A program made the position numbers and the translations under genes. A stretch of DNA of 64,000 nt, taken from Nitrospirota bacterium (GTDB lineage: Bacteria > Nitrospirota > Thermodesulfovibrionia > UBA6902). Shown here in pieces: positions 40,098 to 49,247 of the stretch. Within the stretch, counting starts at the first letter, position 1; every line of letters starts with the position of its first letter. Below the pieces are notes generated by a model. It made no database searches. It was not told where the DNA came from and saw only the letters and a list, made by a program, of their open reading frames with translations. Location: positions 3,981-67,980 of the forward strand of contig JACQZF010000029.1 of assembly GCA_016213945.1 (NCBI GenBank). Reading direction: 5' to 3'.

Positions 40098-40475
40098 TCA
40101 ACTCTTCTTGATTTTAGCTGCCAACTTCCTCATTTCTTCTTCTGTCGGTTTTTGACCACGCAACGTCCTGAAAAAGGCAGGAAGCATCCTAACTACTTCA
40201 GGGTCCGACATAATGTCTTTGGGAATAATTCCCCGGTTGGCAGCGGCAAGGTCAAAAAAAGCATACCAGTCATTGCTGCCCTTTGTGATACCAAGGGCTT
40301 CTGCATAGCGTTCCAGTATGTCGGGGTCCTGAGGAGGAGGCATTGCGCCCCGTTCGATCCGGCTGATATTGGCTGGGTCAGCGGATGCTTTGAGACAAAA
40401 TTCTCTGAGAGTTACTTTCTTTTTTTTTCGAAGGTGTTTTAAGAAGTCACCAAAAGACTTAAATTCGTTGCTCAT
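40098..40475 (-). CDS. XRE-family HTH transcriptional regulator
   Basis: FGDFLKHLRKK..TLREFC...DPANISRIERG; GGAGG RBS. Confidence 0.92.
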   Translation of the reverse strand: MSNEFKSFGDFLKHLRKKKKVTLREFCLKASADPANISRIERGAMPPPQDPDILERYAEALGITKGSNDWYAFFDLAAANRGIIPKDIMSDPEVVRMLPAFFRTLRGQKPTEEEMRKLAAKIKKS

Positions 40476-40502
40476 ACTCGCCCCTCCGTTAATTTGTGCT
40501 TG

Positions 40503-40539
40503 TTGTACAATTATTACAAATTAATCAGGGTAAAGTCAA
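40503..40539 (-). promoter_or_regulatory. Putative promoter/operator of the XRE-ImmA pair
   Basis: TTGACT (40539-40534), 17 bp, TAATAA (40516-40511); adjacent TTGTACAA palindrome at 40503-40510. Confidence 0.45.
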
Positions 40540-40578
40540 TGATTGGTGAGTGTGCCACCATAGAAGTTTTCCAGACGA

Positions 40579-43500
40579 TTACATCTTATTATATTTCTCA
40601 TACAAGCCCCTCAGGAATTCATAACCTTTCATCCCGTAAATATTACATATGTTATCAGCATCTTCTTTATTCTGGTTGATATACAGTTTTTCAACAATTG
40701 ACCGGATATGCTCTTGTCTGAAATCAGCAATAAAATGTTCAAGCATTTTCAAGAATATCTTGCCTACATAGCCAATGCTTTTTGGATCGTCAAATTTATC
40801 GAGATATTCAATAATGAATGAAGAATGATAATTTTCATTTATATAAGGAGCTGCTAATAGTAACCACCTTGAATATTCTGCATTAATATGAGGAAGAAAG
40901 ATGGTAAGTTTTCCCAGGGCAGACAGGATTTTTTTGTCATCTGCGCCTATGTCCGTCTCTGGTTTTGTCTTATATCTATTATCATAGATCCATTTCCAGC
41001 AAGAGATAATTTTATCGACAATTTTCCGGCTCTCTTCTTTTTCATCCTCAATATATTTCTGCTGTGACCATAAGAAGCTGACAACGTCCAATATTTGTTC
41101 TCGATTCCAAGCATTTAAAACCTTCCTGAATAAACTTTCAGGGTTGTTTACATCTTCTTTTCCAAGCAAATATTCAAGGGCTATATGCTGTGCCAAATGT
41201 TCATTATCATGTTTATTTTTAAACTCATGTGTTATTCCATATTTATAGTGAGGAATCATAAGGTTATAAAGTTCATCGTAAACTTGCCCAATTGATAAGT
41301 ATCCGTCTATAAAAGCTTCCCAGTATTTATCATCTGTCACCGGATACAAGCTTTTCACTTTCTCTTCAGCCCATGTTTTGTCCAAATAGAACAAATTAGG
41401 CAGATATCGACCAAGCATCGTATAGCTTTCAATGATTTTAATTTTTAACAGCTCATTATATTTTCCCTTAATTTCATCACTCCACTTAACTTCCGATGTA
41501 TCCCCTTTCTTATCTTTGACACGGGCAATACGCAATGCATGATTAATGAGTGCGATGATCGTCTTCCCATGAGGGGAGTTTAGGGCATGTGTTACATAGT
41601 CCGTTATCTCCTTTTCTTCTTCAGCTTCTAACTTGCTGAGAATCAGGAAAATTATTTCTTCTGCCTTTGGGAAATATTTTTCATCATATGCCCATGAATC
41701 ATCTCTTGTTCCGTCTTGTACGAGCTGCATAATTGCACCGATAATCCAGAAATGATTGGCTCCGCCGAGAAAGTCTCCTTTTTCAACTATGAATTCATCT
41801 CTCCCAAATTCATCTCTGTTAATATACAGATGCATAAATTCAAATAATTTGTCCCAGGCAATGTCCAGCTTTTTACTCCATGCTTCCCTTGCGCCATCAA
41901 GAATTTCATAAATATAGGTAAATCCGGAGTTAATGAATGGATATAAGTCATCGATAAATTTATTTGGTTTCTCAGCAACACATTCTTTTATCAATCTTGC
42001 CAATCCTCCAACCGTGGGGCCTTCTTCCCAAAAACCTGTTGACTTAAAATCCTTGAGGTATGAAGGGAGTGTTTTTGCAGACAACATTTTCAGGATTTCT
42101 TCTTTGGATAATGGTGAAGGTCCCCCGCCTTCACGGACGTGAATCTCCCCTACGGCAGCATGTAAGCCAACATCCCTTCCAGTTTGAGACTTAAGAGATT
42201 CATATAATTCTTTAAATTCTGGAAATTTTACAAGTGCCTGACATCTTTCCTGTTTCCACTCTGCAATGTGTCTTTCTGCATCTTCCTCAGGAACGAATCC
42301 GGGGCCATCCTTTAGTTTCTTGATTATTAATTCTTTCTGATGAGGTGATAGTTCTGTTAAATTCTCTAAAATGTGTTTCAACTCATCTCCGAAGTATATT
42401 TCCCCAAAGATAAGATTACTCGTATCTTTTCCCAATACATTCCAGAATATGTCGTTATATATATTGGCATTATTACCGATGATATAAAGAGCCATCTTCG
42501 GGAAATAAAAATATTTATCCATGAAAAAGTCTTCCAATATCTTTTTTGTTTCATCGGCATGGTTTCTTGACCGTATCATTAGAATACTTTTCAAGACAAA
42601 TGAAAGTACCTCAAGCGGGTCTGTGAGGTGGGTTCTTGATCCATCATAAAAACTTGCATGTGTTTCCTCATCATGAAAGTTGAAATATAGCCTATAAATA
42701 TCTCTTTTCAATTCTTTTGTCTCTATGCTCTTAAACAGCACATCTTTCGTTAAATCATCAAACAGGTTAGATGAGAAGTTATCTAATGTCGTCTCATCCA
42801 TTGTTATTTTCTGAAGTGGTGTTCCTTCCAGTTTCTTCTTCATAAACACATATTCATAGACATCAGACCCAGATTTCTCGCCCATGTCAAAAACCTTTAC
42901 TAAATATTTACCGTCAACAGATGTAAGCGCTAACAGATATGCTTTATCTCCTGCCTCGAAAGGAATTAATGAGTCATCTTTTTTCAGTAGAGTGCGTATC
43001 TTTTCACATAAAGCATAAACAACACTGTTCGTACACTTTTCTCCAATGTCCTTGATGTGCTTTTCAAATATATCCTTTACCCAGTATGAATCTATAACAA
43101 GCTTATATTCCTCTTCCCTGTTATAGATTCTGGCTCTCTCTTCGGACAACTTAACGGACTTCACATTAGTTATATAATCAACAATTCGCTCGGCTTTAGT
43201 AATATCCTCTGAGAAAGGATTTCCAGACAAAAAATTAGGCAATAATTTAAGGCCAAGTTCTGAGCCGACAAGAGATGCATCAAACCTGGAACTAAGCCAA
43301 ACAGGAATTAACTCAATAATATTAATCGGTATTTTTTCTCTCGGAATATTAAGCAAGATTAATACAAAGCTTCGCCATGTATGGTAGTTATCAACATGTT
43401 GGCCATCTGAGTTTTTATGGTTTGAAACTTCTTTAATGATTTGCAGTAACTCATCTATATACTTTTCATTGCCTCGTTCTTTGACTTGCTCAGACACCTT

Positions 43501-44193
43501 TTCCAAATAAGATAGAACATTCCACCAAGGGATTGAATAAAACCCTTCTTGCTCAGCAGGCTTGGGGCCAAGTGCATTTATTGCATCGAAATATTCCCCA
43601 GCTTTTAAAACATTGAACCAGTGGAGTGCTGTAACTTGTTTGAAAAAATAATTTTTATAAGGTTCATTTTGTATCAACTCCAGAATGAAGTTCACTTCAT
43701 GACGAGACGGTCCTTGCTTTTTCAAAATCAAATCGACATGTTCAATATTTTCAAAGTATTTATCCTGATATTTTGATATTTCCTCCGTCTTTGTTTTTTT
43801 TCTGATTGGTTCAATTAATTTTTGATATTGTGAATCTACAATAAAATTGCGCTCGAATTTTACACTATAAATATCATGAAGCAATGGAGGGGCCTCATTA
43901 AATTCTAATTCGAGCAATACTGGAAGTATTACAACGTAATCTTTACCCATCTGTCTCATCAATGTTGAATTAAGCTCCCTCAAAACCCACTCACTTTTGA
44001 TGGAATATTCGGAAATAACTACAATCAAGAAACTGCTCTTTTCTAAGCCTTCGCTAATCTTTTGAACAATGGAATCACCAATTTCTAATTCCCAATCGTC
44101 AATCCACACATCGATATTATCTTTTTTCATCTTTCCTGCTAATTGCAGCACAAAATCATGATCTTTAGATGTGTGTGATATAAATACTTTCAT
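40579..44193 (-). CDS. TIR-domain protein with ~1050-aa predicted helical C-terminal region (putative defence sensor/effector)
   Basis: MKVFISH..KD, VWID, SSFLIVVIS, SEWVLREL (catalytic Glu intact); AT-rich; ATGA overlap with the upstream SIR2 gene. Confidence 0.88.
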   Translation of the reverse strand: MKVFISHTSKDHDFVLQLAGKMKKDNIDVWIDDWELEIGDSIVQKISEGLEKSSFLIVVISEYSIKSEWVLRELNSTLMRQMGKDYVVILPVLLELEFNEAPPLLHDIYSVKFERNFIVDSQYQKLIEPIRKKTKTEEISKYQDKYFENIEHVDLILKKQGPSRHEVNFILELIQNEPYKNYFFKQVTALHWFNVLKAGEYFDAINALGPKPAEQEGFYSIPWWNVLSYLEKVSEQVKERGNEKYIDELLQIIKEVSNHKNSDGQHVDNYHTWRSFVLILLNIPREKIPINIIELIPVWLSSRFDASLVGSELGLKLLPNFLSGNPFSEDITKAERIVDYITNVKSVKLSEERARIYNREEEYKLVIDSYWVKDIFEKHIKDIGEKCTNSVVYALCEKIRTLLKKDDSLIPFEAGDKAYLLALTSVDGKYLVKVFDMGEKSGSDVYEYVFMKKKLEGTPLQKITMDETTLDNFSSNLFDDLTKDVLFKSIETKELKRDIYRLYFNFHDEETHASFYDGSRTHLTDPLEVLSFVLKSILMIRSRNHADETKKILEDFFMDKYFYFPKMALYIIGNNANIYNDIFWNVLGKDTSNLIFGEIYFGDELKHILENLTELSPHQKELIIKKLKDGPGFVPEEDAERHIAEWKQERCQALVKFPEFKELYESLKSQTGRDVGLHAAVGEIHVREGGGPSPLSKEEILKMLSAKTLPSYLKDFKSTGFWEEGPTVGGLARLIKECVAEKPNKFIDDLYPFINSGFTYIYEILDGAREAWSKKLDIAWDKLFEFMHLYINRDEFGRDEFIVEKGDFLGGANHFWIIGAIMQLVQDGTRDDSWAYDEKYFPKAEEIIFLILSKLEAEEEKEITDYVTHALNSPHGKTIIALINHALRIARVKDKKGDTSEVKWSDEIKGKYNELLKIKIIESYTMLGRYLPNLFYLDKTWAEEKVKSLYPVTDDKYWEAFIDGYLSIGQVYDELYNLMIPHYKYGITHEFKNKHDNEHLAQHIALEYLLGKEDVNNPESLFRKVLNAWNREQILDVVSFLWSQQKYIEDEKEESRKIVDKIISCWKWIYDNRYKTKPETDIGADDKKILSALGKLTIFLPHINAEYSRWLLLAAPYINENYHSSFIIEYLDKFDDPKSIGYVGKIFLKMLEHFIADFRQEHIRSIVEKLYINQNKEDADNICNIYGMKGYEFLRGLYEKYNKM

Positions 44194-45062
44194 CTTAATC
44201 CTTCTGTCTTATTGTTCACAGCTTTATATAAAGCATCTATTACTTTTAGTAGTACCTCATGCCCTTCTTCATCTATATAATAAGGAATTAAGTGAGTATT
44301 ATAGTTCTCTTTCATTGTAGTTTTTCTAATCTTTAAATAGTCCTCTCTGTTTCGGCTACTCTCCTCTAACCAATAATGAGTTTTTCTTTTCTTTGTAAGA
44401 GATAGCGCTCTTTTTATATCATCTTCTCTCAAGCCATATCCTACGAATAAAACATTATAATTATCAAAGATATTTATCAAAAATTTCATACATGATGCAT
44501 CATCAATAATGTAGCCCTTATTGTATTGAGCTCTTGTAAATATCCAGGTGTCTTCCTTGTCTACCCTTCCATGAATATAATTAAGCAACTTAGGAGAATT
44601 TCCCAAATTTGGATTAATTGTTACCAACTCGTCAGGTACACCTATAAATTGCTGATAACTCCTGTCTATATTTGTAGTAACAAAAAAATTATTCCAATTA
44701 TTCAGTCTATTTAAATAAGCATAGATTTCATTATTGCTTTTTTGTTCATCATCACAAAAAATGCTCTTGATCCCTTTAATAAAAAGAGGTTTATCAAGAG
44801 CATATAAAAAATTAAAAGCCTCAATAACATCTTCATGTTTTTTAAAATATTCGCAAAAACTATAATCAAGTGTCTTTCTTTTATCTTCAGAAATAGCAGT
44901 CCTGTTAGTCCAGAAAAAATCAATCACACCATCTCTCAATTCGTTCCATAATTTATATCCAGCCAACTTAGAAACCCCAGCGCCAAAAAATATGCAAGTT
45001 CCGCTTGATAAAGAATATAGTAATGTTTCGTATTGAGGTAAATTGAAATTAGGTATACTCAA
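44190..45062 (-). CDS. Stand-alone SIR2-like (SIR2_2) NAD-consuming domain protein
   Basis: FFGAGVS, VTTNID, YIHG, VLFVGYG motifs; 290 aa with no additional domain. Confidence 0.9.
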   Translation of the reverse strand: MSIPNFNLPQYETLLYSLSSGTCIFFGAGVSKLAGYKLWNELRDGVIDFFWTNRTAISEDKRKTLDYSFCEYFKKHEDVIEAFNFLYALDKPLFIKGIKSIFCDDEQKSNNEIYAYLNRLNNWNNFFVTTNIDRSYQQFIGVPDELVTINPNLGNSPKLLNYIHGRVDKEDTWIFTRAQYNKGYIIDDASCMKFLINIFDNYNVLFVGYGLREDDIKRALSLTKKRKTHYWLEESSRNREDYLKIRKTTMKENYNTHLIPYYIDEEGHEVLLKVIDALYKAVNNKTEGLR

Positions 45063-45138
45063 ATCAAGTTTCCATAATGCTTAATGCATAGTTCATTTAT
45101 TAATCATCTTTTTTCCCATCCACCGCCTGCCTGAACAT

Positions 45139-45238
45139 TTTAATCTCTTAGGGTCTAATTCCCCGTAGCTCTGCTACGTTCTGATAAGATGATGTTGTTC
45201 TTTGATACCTCGTTAGCTCTGCTGCGAGGTAGTTCATT
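45139..45238. mobile_element. Possible non-autonomous hairpin-ended element remnant
   Basis: Two related hairpins, cgtagc-tct-gctacg (45164-45178) and tacctcg...cgaggta (45206-45231), sharing agctctgct; at the island edge. Confidence 0.4.
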
Positions 45239-45257
45239 GTCTTTTTTGAACTGATTC

Positions 45258-46013
45258 TCAATTCATCCCGCAGCACTTCTTGTATTTCTTGCCGCTGCCG
45301 CAGGGACATGGATCATTACGGCCGATTCTCACTGTATGACTTGCAACGGATTGAGTAAAAGGGTGAAGGTGTTCTTTCCCCAGCGTTTTTGCATAAGCCT
45401 GCACTGTTGAAACAGCTCTTGGCAACAAGGCGAAAAGGGTAGCCTCCAACTTCAAGTCAGAATCATTTATCTCAGGATCATGCCCTGTTTTTTCAAAAAC
45501 CTCAGGGATGTTCTCCGGCGTTGCAACCGAAATAATGATACCGAGACTGGTTACAATTTCCTGCTCTTCCTCTGTTATTGTCTCTTCAGCACGGTCCCCA
45601 AATTCCCAGATTTCATACCGTAAAGTTATTGCCTGATAAAGACCATACGTCCAGTCGCGTATACGCGGAATGTCCCCTTTTTTCAACGCCCCTATATCGA
45701 AGGGGAAGAAAAGTCTTTCGCTATGGTTTTCATCAGACAGTATGTTACAGATTTTGAAAAGATGCCCCATTAACTCCTCTGCTTCACCTTCGCTCTCAAA
45801 TTCCATCATCTCTTCACCGAAAGCTACTGGCAGCCACTCACTCGGTTTAATCAGTTCCGGAGTGATTGCAAGACCGAAGAGAAAGCCGTGTAGAGCCTCC
45901 AGATTAAATGCCTCAACCGGGTCAACTACTCTGGATAACAGCTTCATGAGGTTTTTCTTGTCTTTTGTAGTAAACATATCAGTGGTTGTATAACGATTAC
46001 GTCCACGATTCAC
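45258..46013 (-). CDS. UPF0149/YecA family protein with SEC-C motif
   Basis: [19 protein letters not shown]; [18 protein letters not shown]. Confidence 0.9.
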   Translation of the reverse strand: MNRGRNRYTTTDMFTTKDKKNLMKLLSRVVDPVEAFNLEALHGFLFGLAITPELIKPSEWLPVAFGEEMMEFESEGEAEELMGHLFKICNILSDENHSERLFFPFDIGALKKGDIPRIRDWTYGLYQAITLRYEIWEFGDRAEETITEEEQEIVTSLGIIISVATPENIPEVFEKTGHDPEINDSDLKLEATLFALLPRAVSTVQAYAKTLGKEHLHPFTQSVASHTVRIGRNDPCPCGSGKKYKKCCGMN

Positions 46014-46171
46014 CGCTTAATTCTAATCAAATGAAGAATAAACGGCAAGACAAAAATAGTTCAAAAGAGCAATAGAGCAGAAGAGCAAAAGCGAAGAAGA
46101 TCAAAAGGGTGCAAGTGTTACAGTGCTAACGTGCAGACGCTTCATAAATAATGGGGTGTGCTCTTAATTAT

Positions 46172-49162
46172 CTACAGCTCAGTATAGATCGTAACATACA
46201 CCTGTGTCTCGCCGTCTTTTGTGACTCCTTGAGCAATGCCGAAAGCAGGGGTTATTTTCAATTTATATCCAAGCACCATGTCCAGCCGGGCTTCAGCGCC
46301 AACACCGACTGAGATATCGTTAGAGTGAAATTTTTTCTCGCGTCCCCAGACATTGCCTGCGTCAGCAAAGGCGGCGACATGCACTCTGTCCCAGAAGAAC
46401 GGTTTTGTGTTTATGCCCCTGAGGATGTACTTCACAGGTAACCTGTACTCAAGCGTTCCCTTTGCAACGTGTTTGCCTGTCTGAAAACCTGAAGAAAATC
46501 CCCTGATGGAATATTCATTGCCGGGGATGCCGCCAACGCTGAACGCCTGCTGGGCGATCAGGTCCCCGCCTGATGCGGCCCCCTTCAGGTTTATATAGAG
46601 CACATGGTGTTTCCACGTTTTGATGTACTCTTCATATTTCAATTTATACTCTTCCTGGCCCAGGTCGCTGCCGATGTCCCCGGAATAATTTTTGTAAAGA
46701 AAGGAAATGTTCCTTCCTTCTTCCCTGCTTATTGAATAGGGGTATTTCAACGCGTTTGTAAATTCAAGGCCCGCAAAAACGTTGCTCCTTCTGCCCTCAA
46801 ATACTTCAAGCCCGTCAACTCTTCTGCCCTCTACGTCCGTCAGATGCTTGAGCGTTTCCGTATTGAAGCCGGCAACAAGGTTGAGACTTGTCTCAAGGTT
46901 GGTAAAGAGCGGGAACCTTGCTCCGGCAGTGAAGCCGCTCCGCCTCTCGTAGAAATTGTCGTCGTCATTGAAGAATTCCGAATAGAAAATTGGCGCGCTG
47001 TACGCCCTGATAAAAAAAGTAGGATACCATCTGTCATAGATATAATTTAAATTGTAATACCCTCTATGGCCCACGCCGTATCCGCCCTGCAGTATGTAGG
47101 TATGGTATCCAAGCACGTCCTGCCCCGCGGTGAATGCGCCGAATACCGCGCCGTCATTATCAAACGAAAGAGTAGGCATCCAGAACTTGGGCAGCAGGGT
47201 TTTTCCCGGGCAGTACGGCCTTTTTTCAGAGGGCTGTTTTAAAAATCCCCCTTCATCCCCCTTTTTCAAAGGGGGACTTGATTCCCCCTCTTCACTCCTC
47301 CCCTTTTTTAAGGGGAGGCCGGGAGGGGTTACTGCTAAATCATTTGTTTTTGGTGCATCGCTTTTCCATTCCGGGGTTATCCTTGGGCTCAATGTATCAG
47401 ACCATTGAGAGACGTCATAGGGCATCTCCGCAAGGTAAAAACCTTTTGAACTGTATCCGGTAAAGAATATTTTCCCGTCCTTTGATACTTCGGGGTGAAA
47501 GGTCCCGCCTAACACATGCGATACCTGAAAGAGTTTCTTGTCCGTGATGGAATACGCAAAGAGGTTATACACCCCCGTCCTGTCCGATGCAAATATAATA
47601 GTCTTTCCGTCAGGGGCCCACGAAGGATAAACGTTATTGTAATTGTTGGTGATGAGTGTCTCCGCTGTTTTTGTCTCAACGTTGAGCAGCTCAATGGATG
47701 TTTGCCCTGAGTAGTTGTGTCTTGCAAAGGCAATAGCCCTTCCGTCAGGCGACCATCTCGGAGATGACAGGGCTGAATCCTGAAAATCAGCAATGACATT
47801 AATCCTGTTAGAAGCAATATCCAAAACAGAAATGTTTTGCCTGCCGGTCTCCACCTTTACAAAAGCAATCTGTTTGCTGTCAGAAGAAACGTCAACATCC
47901 TTGGCGCGTAAATTCTCTGTTATGCGGCTGACTGCCCTCATTGCAAGGTCATATGAATAAATATCCTGATAAAGATTGTAGACGTTCCTCAATTCAGCCT
48001 GCGTGAAATAAAGTTTCTGCCCGTCAGGCGACCATGAAAGATTTGAATCAGATGGAAATCTTCTGACGGCTGCAACCTCTTTAAGCGTTGCTGTTTCAAC
48101 GATCACGATTTCCTCATGCTGGTGCGGGTCTTTCCTGTTAATGGCGAGATATCTGCCATCAGGAGAGAGCCGTGCGTTTGTAACCCTCTCGCCTTCAATT
48201 TTCAATTTAGTGTAATTTGTCAGGGGCCTTGCATTCAGCTCCTGTATTTTTTTGTTCTGGTCTTTTTTCAGGTCGGCAATCGTGTCTTCATAGAGCTCTG
48301 AGTAATTCTTTCCCGTAATTCTCTCTGGAGGGCCGCTTATGAGAAACGGAAGCCGTCCCGCGTGCGCGTAGCTGAGCTTGCCGATATTTTCATTTCCATA
48401 GGTTTGCGCGATATGTTTTTCAAGCAGCATCCCGTAGATGTAAGGGATGTTTCCTGACGGCCAGTAGGGTATGTCCCCGTTTATCTGGTCCACGCCTGGA
48501 AGGCTATCCTCCAAAACCGCCATCCTGAATATCATTTCAACATAAGGGCTCTTTCCCCTTCCTGCCTGGGTGTATTCGCTCTCCGCCCATGTGGCAGTGC
48601 CTTCAAGCCACCAGTCAGGCATGAATACATTCGGCGGGGCAGTCAATAAAAACACGAGAAACGACAGCGGGTCGTATCCCGGCAGTGGCTTGCCGAAGAT
48701 GCTTCTCGTTATCTCTGAATAGCCTCTTGAGGTGTCCATTGTAATGATATGTGTATATTCGTGGAGAATGATATACCCGAGCCAGTCATCATACTCCGCA
48801 ATGGTCATGTCAGGCATCGGGGGCACGGCAAAAATATATATCATGTTATAGGGAAGGACATTGGCAAAACCGTTTGCGAAATCGGAATGGTCGATAAGAA
48901 CGATCTGGGTTTTTTCTTTGGGATACCACTGAAAGCTGCCGGACAATTTCTGATGAATATCTTCGGCAATTGCAGCCGCCCTGTTTGCGGTCTCGTCTTC
49001 GCCCTGATGGAAGTGGATGGAGAAATGTGCCGTCTCGATGGTTGAAAATCTAAATGACGGGTCAATGGTTGCCGAAAGGGCAGTCAGGGGAATTGTAAAA
49101 ACTACAGCCGTGAAAAGCAGAAAAAAAAATAACAGGTGCGGTTTATATGTCTTTTTTTTCAT
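46172..49162 (-). CDS. Outer-membrane protein: gluzincin-like domain, TolB/PD40 propeller and Omp85/BamA-like barrel
   Basis: Signal peptide, HEYTH..WWLEGTA, repeated WSPDG, IRGF..EYRLP..FADAGNVW; in-frame repeat in the linker. Confidence 0.8.
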   Translation of the reverse strand: MKKKTYKPHLLFFFLLFTAVVFTIPLTALSATIDPSFRFSTIETAHFSIHFHQGEDETANRAAAIAEDIHQKLSGSFQWYPKEKTQIVLIDHSDFANGFANVLPYNMIYIFAVPPMPDMTIAEYDDWLGYIILHEYTHIITMDTSRGYSEITRSIFGKPLPGYDPLSFLVFLLTAPPNVFMPDWWLEGTATWAESEYTQAGRGKSPYVEMIFRMAVLEDSLPGVDQINGDIPYWPSGNIPYIYGMLLEKHIAQTYGNENIGKLSYAHAGRLPFLISGPPERITGKNYSELYEDTIADLKKDQNKKIQELNARPLTNYTKLKIEGERVTNARLSPDGRYLAINRKDPHQHEEIVIVETATLKEVAAVRRFPSDSNLSWSPDGQKLYFTQAELRNVYNLYQDIYSYDLAMRAVSRITENLRAKDVDVSSDSKQIAFVKVETGRQNISVLDIASNRINVIADFQDSALSSPRWSPDGRAIAFARHNYSGQTSIELLNVETKTAETLITNNYNNVYPSWAPDGKTIIFASDRTGVYNLFAYSITDKKLFQVSHVLGGTFHPEVSKDGKIFFTGYSSKGFYLAEMPYDVSQWSDTLSPRITPEWKSDAPKTNDLAVTPPGLPLKKGRSEEGESSPPLKKGDEGGFLKQPSEKRPYCPGKTLLPKFWMPTLSFDNDGAVFGAFTAGQDVLGYHTYILQGGYGVGHRGYYNLNYIYDRWYPTFFIRAYSAPIFYSEFFNDDDNFYERRSGFTAGARFPLFTNLETSLNLVAGFNTETLKHLTDVEGRRVDGLEVFEGRRSNVFAGLEFTNALKYPYSISREEGRNISFLYKNYSGDIGSDLGQEEYKLKYEEYIKTWKHHVLYINLKGAASGGDLIAQQAFSVGGIPGNEYSIRGFSSGFQTGKHVAKGTLEYRLPVKYILRGINTKPFFWDRVHVAAFADAGNVWGREKKFHSNDISVGVGAEARLDMVLGYKLKITPAFGIAQGVTKDGETQVYVTIYTEL
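47244..47330. repeat. Coding-embedded double-hairpin repeat family B, copy 2
   Basis: aatcccccttcatccccctttttcaaaggggga...cctccccttttttaaggggaggccgggaggggtt. Confidence 0.9.
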
Positions 49163-49247
49163 AACTCAACTGAATATATTTACTGATAATTAACAGCCGG
49201 ACAAGTGCTTTAATATATATTATTCAGCCGGAAATGTTAAGAGGATT

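Noticed and set aside
41560-41590. SPHGKT as a Walker A motif (STAND/Avs NTPase)
   Set aside because: It lacks the G/A-x4-GK[ST] spacing and a preceding beta strand, lies in a helical context, and no Walker B is evident.
40579-45062. Calling the SIR2 + TIR pair canonical Thoeris (thsA/thsB)
   Set aside because: The SIR2 lacks the SLOG/Macro ligand-binding domain, and the TIR protein is far larger than ThsB.
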